64,000 bases of DNA. Source: Eledone cirrhosa (lineage: Eukaryota). Shown one piece after another: positions 44,557 through 57,274 of this stretch. The notes under the pieces are model-generated. The model saw only the letters and a list, made by a program, of their open reading frames with translations, was not told the origin of the DNA and ran no database searches. Within the stretch, counting starts at the first letter, position 1. Each line of letters opens with the position of its first letter. Position numbers and translations under genes: made by a program. Where the stretch lies: positions 95,418,001 to 95,482,000 of the forward strand of contig OZ024740.1 of NCBI GenBank assembly GCA_964016885.1, written 5' to 3'.

Positions 44557-45079
44557 TGAGCCTTTTGAATATTAATAATAACATTTGATTCTTTTGCAGT
44601 TATGCAAACAAGCCTCAATGTTATAGCCACGTGATGAGAATGAACACTTTATTCTCGCTCATATGTTGGCACACGAACAGAACTGCAGTAACTAATGTTT
44701 CTGGGTATCACCCTTCATCAGTACAGTTCACTGTTCACCTGCCAAACTGTCAGTGCTAGTGAAAATATATGCTATTTTCAAAAATACACAGTGACTGCTC
44801 AGCCTGACCCGCTTATTAGCAGACTGGCTGATCAGTCAGATCTGCATATTAGCAGATCCACTGATCAGCCATATTTACATCTCAGCAGACTGGCCAGTCT
44901 GTTTCCTGTGTAGGATCGATAAATGACCGGCTTTGCCAAATTCAAATATAAAATAAAATGTCGCTCTACATGGCTGAACACAATAAATGTAACCTGAAAT
45001 TGTGTTTTTTTATTTTAATTTGGCAAAGCCGGCCATGCTTTTCCTCTTTTACGTTTTTTACCCTTTACAGCTACCAGCT

Positions 45080-48000
45080 GACGCCATTCGGGAGCAACGC
45101 CCTTGTAGTTAAACGTTGTAACCTCAGCTTGTGTTGTATACCACTTCGTGTCTCTCCAGTCTTCCTCCGAATATGAAAAGTTTATGCTCTTTTAGCCTCT
45201 CCCTAAAACTCATATCCTTCATCGTGGCAATCCTCTGGTGTAGCTTCGTTGGAAGCTGAATAGTTAGTTTCATAATATGGGTTGAGCACATTTGGGAGCA
45301 CTAGCCCATTTGGTTTAGGAAAAATGTCCTCCATAATATCAACATGGTCTTGCAGTCCCCTGTCCGGAAAGTCTTTAGGATCCAGCCCACGAGTCGTCTG
45401 CACATTGTCATCAGCATCATGATGTGGAAAGAAACAGATGCATCGTTGATCATATCTAACCCCAAGTCTCGTATCAATTTTGACACCGGGATTCCATCCC
45501 TTTTCGTCCGGTGGCGATGTGTTGCACTGTCCTTGTGTTAGCATGTTGATATTGTAGGGTTTGAAATGTTCCAGCATTAAACTGTGTGTTGTTTTCCTCA
45601 GCCCATTTCTATATGGAATTCACATCTTGTTAAAGGGCACCATTAGTCTGGTTCTGGATTGACTGCGCCATACTTGTGTTATCGGCATAGCTAGTGAGTT
45701 GGGTTGTATGTACTACAGAGACATGTCTGGAAGAGCCACCAGAAACAGTTGTAATCCCACGACTATGTCCTGGGTCACCCTACGTTTTATTGATGTTTTC
45801 TTTGAGCGGGCTCCACTAGCTGCAACTCTCTGGCTTCTGTCTTTTAAGAAAACATCCAGCTACTCGCCTACATTTATAATCATATCGAGTCCGTGTAGTT
45901 TGTGTCATATCATTACGTGGTCGACCTTGTCAAAAGCTTTTGCAAAGATAAATCACATCCGTATGTGATCTGTTCAAATTGTTTCAGTTCCCAGTCATAG
46001 TGTTGTAACAGCTGTGAAAGCTATGCTTTGTGCTAGTTAGGCAGTCATTTTCCTCAAAGAAAGTTATGAGTTTCTTTCTGATAATTCGTTCCGTGTCCTT
46101 ACTGATATGTGACGTCAGGGAGACTGTACCTTTGCCTTTTCTTGGCCTCCTCTCTGCTTCCTTCATTAAGGATATGGCATAGTGTATCTTCTTTTAGCTC
46201 TCTGGATTGTTTGCCGCTAGCCAAACAACTTCTGAAGAGGATCGTCAATGGTCTTGCTAGGGCAAGCTTACATGTTTGTATGAGGACTGCTGGGAATCCA
46301 TTACGTCCAGCAGCTCAATTTTTTTTCTAACTTCTACTATTGCGGATATCACATCTTCCTCCGTTATTTCTATGTGGTTCGTGGTTAGCATTACTTGGTG
46401 GAGTGTTGTGACATCAAATAAAATATCTGCCTTGTTATTTGCATGTGACTGAATGGGGGTGTGAACACACCTTGTTACTGTTAATTAAATATTTGACCTA
46501 ATCTTTGCAACTCTTTGACCTAATTCTTTGCAAATTTAAAGAAGTCCTTAGGATTTTTAAAATATTTCTTATGAACCTGGCTTCTCTAACCTCTCCTTCC
46601 CGTGAGAAAGTTAGCTTGCAGTTTCAATGTCAAGTAGTGCCTGTTTCAGAAGGTTTCCTTCTTGTTCTTCTGTTGTGCATGTATCAGGTTTGAGAGCTTA
46701 ATCCTTCGTCTCATAATTATTTTTCTGTTTCGGGTAATAAGATTTGTGTGTCCGTTATCCTTTTTCTCCGAGACAAACCTATGGCATCTAGTTTTTATCG
46801 TTGTCATGAAGTGTCGGAAATGTGTGTTAATGTCTTATGTGCTGAAATTGCCACTCCAGTTTTGTTTCAGGATATATTTCTTGATATTTACCCAGTTAGC
46901 CTTGTGAAAGTTTAGACTGGATAAATTCCCAGTGCTTCATAACAGTTGGGTCTCCGCCGGTTCCCGCTAACCATATTGCATTAGTTCTACTAAGTTTTGA
47001 TCCGAGAATATCGTTGTCGTCACATTTACCTTGTGCATAAAAACTGCGTTACTTTTAAAGCAGAGATCCAGGACATGCTCGCCTTTTGTTGGGAGGAATA
47101 ATGCTTCTTCCATGAACATCCTGTGTGTGACGGCCAGCAGGGACTCCGTCTGTCACTGTTCGAGTAATGTCATTCCATAGAGGAGTTGGCCCTCTGGCCA
47201 TTTGACCTTTGTTAGGTAAAATTCTCCCACCAGCAGAATATTGATACTCTAGTCTTCTATCTTTCTATATTCAAACTTACCCTCATGACTAAGGTGGTTC
47301 TGGTGGCCGATATGTCACATACATTACCATTTTCAGTTGCTTCATATGTACTATCAGTGTGCCACAGACGGATTTGGAATGTGTACACATTACAATGTGT
47401 GTGACATCTTCGTGGATGTACAAGGCAACACCACCATGAATTCTCTCTTTCCTCTCCGTATGAAATAGAACATATTTTGGTATATGTATTTCCGCATAAC
47501 CTATACTGCTTGTCAGGTGTGTTTCAGTTAGTGACATACATATTGCTTGATTGCTTATGTCTAAATAGGTACGGAATTGTATTCACGTTGGTTAGTTTCA
47601 CCAGGACACTGACATTCAACTGCAGCGCTGGTGAGATATTCAGGGTGTCAGCAGTGGCTGTCGGTGTGGTGCCCAGAATCGTATCAGAAGTGATCACTCT
47701 GTGTCCATTGATTGTGGTGGTCTCGAGTGCTGGTTTGAGTGATCCTATCTCTGAAAATGATGTAGCACGTCATTTGTCCCACAAACTTCTCCGCCATTTC
47801 TAAAATGTGTATTTTGCGCCACCGCTGCTGCCGTATGTATTGCCGTTTCATCTTTGTTGGGGCGGCGCGCGCAAAATCATCATACATCTGGGGCCGATTG
47901 TATCGGTTCTTGCTTTGGCTGGGGAATGTTCAATTAGTAGATTGGGTGTAGCTCACCGGTGGCATGGGGTGAGCGAACCTACAGCCTATCCCTCATGATC

Positions 48001-48150
48001 CATGCCAGCAGGTCCCGTTCCTGGTGAAGTTGCATTTTACATGGGGTTTCTTACTTGTTATTTTTCGTTGTACATGACCAAGAAAACTGAGTTGATTAAA
48101 TATCGCTGCACATTTTACAACTTTCTCCGCTATCTATTGATTCGTATATA
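45080..48150 (-). mobile_element. Degenerate APE-RT LINE (CR1/L2-like)
   Basis: SLTETHL..ERKERIHGGVALYI..YRPP (APE, 47289-47537); LDLCF (~47065); FAKAFDKVDH (~45920-45950); SYADNT (~45625). Confidence 0.8.
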
Positions 48151-48448
48151 GTCGAACTTAAACTTTCTTTTTCCACATCCAATATCATTCTTATCCTTAT
48201 CTTTCGAGAGATAATACAGTTCAGTACGTCGATTTCCAGAGCATTTTTATGTAATATTTCACAATTTTTAATAAATTATTAGTTTATTTTATTGATTTCT
48301 TGATATACGTCAAACGATAATAATTTCATTTATCTCTCTCACTCGCTCACTGGTGATGCTTTCGCAGTCGTGAGTGCGTTTTTGTCTTAGGTGCAAAGTA
48401 ACGTTGTCAGAAATAACACTTTTTCTTAGATGATCCAGTGCATTGAAT

Positions 48449-48492
48449 TTCTTCTTCTTCTTCTTCTTCTTCTTCTTCTTCTTCTTCTTCTT

Positions 48493-48523
<31 letters not shown>

Positions 48524-48845
48524 TTCTTCTTCTTCTTCTTCTTCTTCTTCTTCTTCTTCTTCTTCTTCTTCTTCTTCTTCTTCTTCTTCTTCTTCTTCTT
48601 CTTCTTCTTCTTCCTGTCATGGTCGTGGGGGAGAATCCTCAAATAATCCTTTCAGTGTGTCCTGTAAGAAGCAACCGTCTCCAACTGATTCGGCTGGATC
48701 CCCAAGCGCGATCAGCTACTCATGGATGTTATTCAAACATCTTGCTCGGGATCTGCTCCTGGGTCACTTGACTGTTGTTTTGCCGTGAAATCTGTCCATC
48801 AAGTCTTTCCTGGGACATTCTAACAACATGCCCATAGTATCGGAG
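48449..48845 (-). mobile_element. RTE-like LINE 3' fragment with (GAA)n tail (48449-48612)
   Basis: YGHVVRMSQERL on the minus strand; long (TTC)n as at 37263. Confidence 0.6.
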
Positions 48846-48980
48846 CTGTGATATTACACAGTAGTATTGCATTTCAATATATAATTATTTTATCAACCCA
48901 CCAATGTACATATTCAAATCTGCTGGAGTGTGTTGCTCATGTGTGTGTTTCTGGGCTCGTATTAATATCAACATTTAAGA

Positions 48981-49064
<84 letters not shown>

Positions 49065-49121
49065 ACACACACGCACACACAGGCACACCCACACATACAC
49101 AAACATACATATATATATGTT

Positions 49122-49191
<70 letters not shown>

Positions 49192-51599
49192 ATGTATTAC
49201 AATGTTAATGACTATGTATCTATTGTATAACTATGTATTTATTCATGTATTACACCGGGATATATCGGAAACCTCATAGAATTAAATGATATAAACAACT
49301 ATCAACTTCTGTAATTATTGCGGTTATATCCGCAAAATTGATTACAGTTCAATTGTATAATTCGGTGCATGTAATATACAAGTAAATGTGGGTACATAAA
49401 ACAACAGGCTATAGCAAAGGCATTAATTAATCACTGGCGGAGATCTAATCGAAAATATAAGCACAATTATGAAAGGCAGACGTTATGTTACGGCGTTTAA
49501 ATACTCTTTTTGCTCTACAATAAAATAAATTGAATGTACAAAATCTCATATTATGTTCACCTAATACATATGAACCCTAATTATTCGGGTTATTGTGCTA
49601 CATAAAATATAGTGCATGTACAAATTAATAACCACTAGCTCACTAATTTCCGTGTACTAATATTTACAACAAAGCATTACAACGAAACATTACGTAGTCA
49701 TATATGTTTCACTAAAGGTTAAATATGAGCCAACCAATAAGGTGTGTTACGCAATATGTTATGCTATCTCTGTTTCATTATCTACCTCATATGTTAATTG
49801 TTGCACTGCAATACAATAAACTAAGTAACGCTATATATTAACCCCACTATTCTTACGAACATGTCTAATGAATCATCAAACAATACATGAGAATAATGTC
49901 ATATAAAAATATTGGCAATTCCTACAGATGCTAGGTAATTACTTAACGTTCAAGTAAACTTTTAAGTTGGTTCGCAGTGCCCTAAACTATTATTCATATT
50001 AAGACGCAATACTTTGCAGGTTTTTTTAGTATTTGAAGTGGAGTATAGAAACCTAGCTCTCTATAAACAACCTCAATTAATTAGAAAGTAATATACTGCA
50101 TCATACTACATAAAGCAAAAGCATAATGTTAACTGTACATAGAATATGCATTATTTAACGAGAGTAGCATAGAGTAATCATAACTGCGGGCCTTTCGTAA
50201 TAATATTATTCCAAAAAAAAACAAATATTTATCCCGGACGAAGTAGCTTGCAGAGATTTAACGGATGAATTGCTGGTAGATATTTACACTTCAGCACAAG
50301 GGTTAATCATTCGGATTTCAATGCGTGTAAGATGGCACAGATCACACAGTCAATATATGTACCTGATACATTATACGAATGTGACTTATGGATGGAATAA
50401 ATGTTTATGTGGGTGCATATATTTTCAGCGTGTAATACGCTTGCATTTAGTCTTATTTGTTATTCCATTAATATGTGATCATATCATTGTTACTGATGCA
50501 TTTTACTCTTGTTTCAGTCACTGAGCGTTTTTTTACCTATAAGAATATACCTTCATCCCTGTCTTAGCGTCTGCTCATGAGTGGTGGTAGTTCTGAATTC
50601 TTCCTAACTTAGAATCTTAATAGCGAGATGAAACGTACGTTTATTATATGAAATAATATTGTTTATGAATATATAAACATATTTGGTTTGAATTACATTA
50701 TCATTAAGCCATATGCGAATCTAACCTGAATGTAAATAGAAGGCGTTTAAGAAATATCATGTAAATACAGCCACCTTTTTGTTTGAACTTGACAATATAT
50801 AGCATCAATTAAAGTGTCAACATTATGAAAATGCTTTTGCAAGTATTTTACTCTTACGATCAGTCAGGAAGTTTCTTCAGTAGAATCTGCAATGAAGATA
50901 GGTGTTTTACAACAGTTAAGTAATACATATGATCTCTTAAACGAACCCATCAGTTTCGTCTTTGATATAAGAAATTATTCAGGTTAGAAAGGAAATATTC
51001 CGCAATATTTCGATCTAAATTGATTGCAGGACACAAACTATGTTTTCTTTTATTTTGCAGCATGTAAATTATTACCAATGAAAACTATATTTCATTGCAC
51101 GTGAAAGTAACTACAATAATTATATCAGTGAAAAATAAATACGACAGCTGTAGAAAGGAGTAAAGGATATCATCGAAAAAAAAAATGAAGTGAAAAATAT
51201 ACTTTGAAAATACGCACTTGTAATTATATGGTAGAAGAGAGTATTCAGCGATAAGAACATCTGTATGTATTCCTTTTAAAAAGCAAATCTAATAACGGAA
51301 TTTCTCATTTTCATTTATTTTTCTTTAGATTCTTCCTAGCTATGTATCTTTTTTAATAATACGACTTTAGTTACAAGTGTACAACCAATAAATAAATAAA
51401 TAAATAAACACATGAATAAATAATTTTATATATTGTTCTGGGAATGTTTAACATTGCTGTAGGGATTTTAGAAAAAAAATGTAGAGAATTGTATGTAAAT
51501 CATAATTGTGTTACAATATAGAACACCGTCGTTTGAAGCGTGGTTGAAGACACGTTTACCCCACATTCTCATAATTAAACATACTTCATATATTAAACG

Positions 51600-51870
51600 T
51601 GGAGGACCGTGGCCTAGTGGTAAGGATTTACGACCATAATGTCGTGGGTTTGCTTCCTGGGTTGCGTTTTGTGTTCTTGAGCAAAACACTTCATTTCGCC
51701 TTGCTTCAGTATACTCGGCTTAAAATGAGCACCAGCTCATGCTGGGGGTTTAAACCTGCGATGGAATGGCGTAACGTCCAGTGGGCTATCATGTACTCTC
51801 AGTCGCTTCATGCCATGAAACCAGGATAAGCACCGGCTAAATGAGCCTTCTGGATTAAGACGGACTTTAG
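51600..51870 (+). mobile_element. tRNA-derived SINE
   Basis: A-box TGGCCTAGTGG, degenerate B-box GGTTTGCTTCC, conserved core-like ttgtgttcttgagcaaaacactt. Confidence 0.7.
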
Positions 51871-53037
51871 ACATATATTAAACCATTTGAATTTTACCAA
51901 GTGCGGAAATGTCGCTAACCTAACTAAATATCAGGCTGTAAATATGTATTTTGCCATTTCATAAAGTTTGAGAATCATTTGATTCATATCACTAATTATT
52001 GACGATTTTAACGATGTTGACGATTTTTAGGCTACAATAAAGCTGCCATAATATATAGCTTGCAGCATAAATATTCACTAAATTCAACAACGTTACCTGG
52101 CTAAAAACATGTTAGCCTCCACGATTGCTTCAGATTCGCAGTATCGCACATATATACATAGCATTAATATCAGTAATGCAAACACCTATGCCGAAATTAA
52201 TACGAATGTCATTATGGATAAATCCCCTTCTGGAATGGTAGGGAATTACGCAGAATACATTATATAATTTGCAGGAAAACTCAAACCAAAACATAAAATT
52301 GTATTCAAATATAAGTGTATTGAACATATCCAAATTATCATAATATTATACGGGATGAAATCATTTCCTAATTTAGAAAACGAAAATATTTACTTATCAA
52401 GTCAACGAATCTCATGATACATTAAATATTGAAAAGACAATATGGGTACCACATACTTTAGAATATCTTCATGCTCAAGACACGCGCAAGTATATGTAAT
52501 ATAGATCAAATATGCAATGATGCAGTTCATCACACCTAATAGTTTGTTAATCCTCGAAACCCACCAAAACTGAGAAACACTCGTACCAGCATAGCATCAA
52601 AATATACGTATGCAGCACCATTAAATAGAAAACGAATACTGCCAAAATTGAAAAAAAAATAATAATTGAAAAGGTTGCATGACGTAATGAATATTAGATT
52701 AACATGAGTAAACAAAGCTACAGCAATCAAAGAGACAATTTAATGGAACAAAAGTCAATGTAGTATAGGTGTATGAGTAGATTTAAATAAAAAAAAAAAC
52801 ATTAATCAGAAAAACAGAAAATCTAAATAGTCGTTAGTTGTTTCTTAAATGTGAATAACAATTGTGTTCAAAAGTATATCTTTCAGGATTAAACATGAAT
52901 AACGCTCCTTATATGATGATTTAATTTAGCTCATTAATTATAACATATCCAATGCCCGCTTTCTATATTACACACACACACACACACACATACAACAACC
53001 ACCCACACACACATACATACACACGCACACACATACG

Positions 53038-53077
<40 letters not shown>

Positions 53078-53336
53078 ATTATTCCGGGTCCAATCGTGGA
53101 TAATCACAGTAAGAAAGGTATTCAATACATAGCAGAGTATAAATAGTGCACATAAAAGCCATTTTTATGAATGAATGTATATATATATATATATATATAT
53201 AAAGAAGGAAATGTGGTAAGGAACCAGGTGGACCATAACGCACCAAAGTAATTTTTAGTCCAGAATTAGCAGTCGAAACGGCTTGCTCTCAGCCGTTGGG
53301 GTCCTGCTCGTTCCTATATACATATATATATATATA

Positions 53337-53392
<56 letters not shown>

Positions 53393-53417
53393 TATATGTA
53401 TAATGATAATAATAATA

Positions 53418-53581
<164 letters not shown>

Positions 53582-53637
53582 TATATGTATAATGATAATA
53601 ATAATAAATAATAATAATAATAATAATAATAATATAC

Positions 53638-53681
<44 letters not shown>

Positions 53682-53684
<3 letters not shown>

Positions 53685-54368
53685 AAAATTAGAATTGGAA
53701 CTCTGAAATAGCAATATATATATGAATGTATATATAATGTATTTTGCAATACACTTTATGCTTAATTAAAAGCATTTTGAAGACCGTATGCTATTGGTTT
53801 AGAGTAGTGACAATCTCACATACTTTAATCTCAGCAAACAAGGGGAGATAAGCCGACAAGGCCTTGTTTCGCATTTATTGATGCTTATCAAGGCTAACTA
53901 CTCCCTCTTGTCTACTGAGATCACTGATGTTATATTCTTATAGCATTCTAGTAAATAATTGTTTCTACTTTTGGCACAAGGCCAGCAATTTCCCAGTGTA
54001 TTACTGGTACTTTATTTTATCGACCCCGTAAGGATGAAAGGCAAAGTTAACCTCGGCGGGATTTGAACTCAGAATGGCAAGGGCCGTAACTCTATGCGTC
54101 AAAGCATGGCGTCCGACCCTCTACCGATACTGCCAATTCACCGCCATTCTAGTAAATAATCAGAACTGATTATACAGAGCGGTTGCCGGTCAGGCAGAAA
54201 TAAAAAATTAGAATTGGACCTCTGAAATAGCAATATATATATGAATGTATATATAATGAATTTTTCAATACACATTATGCTTAATTAAAAGCATTTTGAA
54301 GACCGTATGTTATTGTTTTAGAGTAGTGACAAACTCACTTACTTTAATCTCAGCAAACAAGCGGAGAT
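53682..54368 (-). mobile_element. ~318-bp tandem unit (~1.5 copies) with degenerate hammerhead (53851-53895), interrupted by a SINE
   Basis: 53682-53849 repeated at 54201-54368; agcc-TTGATAA-gcat/atgc-GAAA-caaggccttg-TC-ggct. Confidence 0.7.
53960..54145 (-). mobile_element. tRNA-derived SINE with 15-bp target-site duplication
   Basis: A-box TGGCAGTATCGG, B-box GAGTTCAAATCC; TSD attctagtaaataat at 53945-53959 and 54146-54160. Confidence 0.85.
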
Positions 54369-54917
54369 GTACATGTATCTATGCATGTACAAACGATAAC
54401 ATTGTGAGTAATTGAAAGTTTACATATGTTAATATGTTGATGCAAAATTACACTGTAATGACAGCTAAGGGTTCTGTTTGGGAATTTCGTGTTACAATTA
54501 ATATTATGCCTCCAAATGAATTTATTGTGCAAATCGGAAACGGGCAAATGATTTTAAAATTTATATATATATATATGTGTGTTTGTGTATGTGTGTGCGT
54601 ATGCATGTGTGTGTGTATGTGTGTGTGTGGGTGGGTGTGTGGGTGTATGTGTGTGTGTGTGTGTGTATGTGTGTGTGTGTATGTGTGAGTGTGTGTGTGT
54701 GCGTATGTGTGTGTGTGAGTGTGCGTGTTTGTGTGTGTTTGGATGTGTGTGAATTTCGTATAAGAGAAGATATACGGTATGTTCTATAAATAAACATCCA
54801 GGAAGACTGAAGGTGGGGTTATGCGCAGAGACAAGGACAAGAAGAAATGAATAAATAAATAAAATAAAAATAGTGTACATATTACAATACAATGGGAGGA
54901 TAAATAATAATTATAGT

Positions 54918-54959
54918 ACCACTGATGATGTTGCAGTTGTACGACGAATGAAATTTGAT
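54918..54959 (+). ncRNA. Degenerate hammerhead in a solo PLE terminal fragment
   Basis: acca-CTGATGA-tgttgcagttgtacgac-GAAT..TT-tgat; homologous to 18045-18086. Confidence 0.5.
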
Positions 54960-54962
54960 AGA

Positions 54963-54996
<34 letters not shown>

Positions 54997-55063
54997 GTGG
55001 AACACTGAGAGGTAATATACGTAGTGGTAGCGCACTCAGTCCAAGCATCGAGTTAGGTAGAAT

Positions 55064-57259
55064 TGGTTACACAACAGTTAGTTCACCTTACCGAGAACAA
55101 TTGTTTCACCTTCGCGGATCTTCAGCTCGGGATGTGTATGGTTATGGGAACAGGAAGGACAGCCGTACGAACGCGCATGCGCAGAAACTCGGTCACTTCA
55201 CACAGGCAATATTAAACTGCGTGCGGGAGGTGTAAGGGAGATAACTGCGAAAGTCCAGAAATATTTTAGGTTGAAAATAAAAAATAAAAAATTAATTTAA
55301 ACTACACAAATCAGTCCGGAACCTTGTAGTTATGCAATAGATGTTTGGTGACGTGTGGACAACGTGTGAAAAATGCACTTCTCGTGTTTATGCAATCACT
55401 ATTGCGTAATCTGTTTAGGATAGTTATTCGTTCTTCAATACATAAGCCACACGTCGGATTTCCCCTTGCGCATGGCTTGGAATTAGTCATGGATTTCCAT
55501 TGAATGGAGTAGCCTATACTTGAGTTCTTCAGGGACCATACGTGGCTCTCGAGTCTCATGGATGAACGTCTGTCCGGGTATCTGAAGATAGACTGGTGGT
55601 TCAGGAAACACTCCTTGAATCGGCCCTCCGCCATGCCCACATAGGATTTGACCTCTTGTGGTTCGTTACGTCGGTTGGTAGTGACCACAGCTTCATAGAT
55701 TACAGCTGGTGTGTTGCATTGCTGTTGAAGGGGCCAAGTTTCAGGCTTACAGCAACAGCACCCTGGTGGGGTGTTGCTCCTAGTGCTGCTGGTGATGTCG
55801 TCCTTCATGTTCATAACGCAGGAGTAACTAGTTTAAATTTGTGTCGGTTAAAGATGAAGCGGTATGTATGACCTAAGGGGAAGTGTCTATCTACGAGGGC
55901 TAGAAATGTTTTCCTACAGTGGTTTTAACGTTGAGTGAGAAGGTAGGAGAGAACCAGATAGTTTGTCTATTGATGCGCTTACTTTTCTTAATGGTGTTGT
56001 TGCTAGTGGGAGAGTAGGTTATAGGTTGTGAGAAGCCGCTGTTAGCCAACGTCGTGTTATAGTAGCGTGCCGCCCTGTCAAAGATATTAGAGGAGAGGTT
56101 TGAGATTCTAGTACTGATATTATTACCGAAGTTTCTAAGAAGTGTGGGAGGGTGGCATGTGTACTTGTGAATGTAATTAAGTTTCTCGTTTAGCTAATGG
56201 AAGGGTATGTAGGTGTGTGTGCGAAGGTCTAAATTAATGTCTAAGAAATCTACGCTAGTGAGTTTGGTGGCTAGTGTTATGCTAAGGCCTAACTCATTGA
56301 AGGTAGAAGCTAAGTCTTTTTTAAACCGGTCGAGGTGGTGACCACTTTTATGGCTCGATAATGTCAGTCCATCGTCACGGTATATTCCCGTGTGTAAGTC
56401 GGGGAATCTAACACGTAATATGTCTAAGATAAAAAGGCCAACCAAGTCACATACGTCAGCACTGTCAAACGATATTCACTGTCTAGCCCTCTTAGATAGA
56501 CACTTGCCCATAGGTCATAAATATCGCTCCATCTTTAACCAACACAAAGTTAAACTAGGTACTCCTGGGTAAAGAAAATGAAGGCCCACATCACCAACAG
56601 CCCTAGGAGCAACACCCCACCAGGGTGCTCTTGCCGTAAGCTTGAAGCTTGCCCGCTTCAACAGCAATGCACACACCAGCTGTAATCTATGAAGCTGTGG
56701 TCACTTCCAATCGACCAAACAAACCACAGGCGGTCAAATCCTATGTGGGCATGGCGGAGGGCCGTTTCAAGGAGCGTTTCCTGAACCACCAGTCTACCTT
56801 CAGATATCCGCGGACAGATGTTCATCCACGAGACTCGCGAGCCACGTATGGTCCCTCAAGGACTCAAGTATAGGCTACTCCATTCAATGGAAAACCATCA
56901 CTAAGTCCAAGCCATACGCAAGAGGAAATCCGACGTGTGGATTATGTATTGACGAACGAATAACTATCCTAATAGATTACGCAATAGTGATTGCCTAAAC
57001 ACGAGATGTGAATTTTTCACACGTTGCCCACACGTCACCAAACATCAACTACATCACTACACAGCTCTGGACTGATTCTGTGTAGTTTTACGTTTATTTT
57101 TTTTTATTTTTATTTTCAACCTAAAAACTTTCCGGATTTTCCGTATGCGCATTCGTACAGTTGTCCTTCCCCTTCCTATAACCGTACACATCCCTAGCTG
57201 AAGATCCGCAAAAATGAAACAATTGATCTTGGTATGGTGAACTAACTGTTGTGTAACCA
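55064..57259. mobile_element. Inverted pair of PLE (family 3) fragments: minus 55064-56469, plus 56478-57259
   Basis: GIYRDDGL and VDFLDINL (RT); VIYEAVV..YVGMAEGRFKERFLNH..CGLCIEER..CPH (GIY-YIG) in both orientations; HHRs at both outer ends. Confidence 0.92.
55091..55130 (-). ncRNA. Minimal type I hammerhead (degenerate mirror copy 57193-57232, +)
   Basis: ccgag-CTGAAGA-t-cc-gcgaa-gg-t-GAAA-caattg-TT-ctcgg. Confidence 0.85.
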
Positions 57260-57274
57260 CTTCTATATATATAT

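Noticed and set aside
50500-50590. Possible host micro-exon after polypyrimidine-CAG
   Set aside because: Splice-like signals alone are common; no coding or transcript evidence
51600-51680. tRNA gene
   Set aside because: No cloverleaf; SINE head
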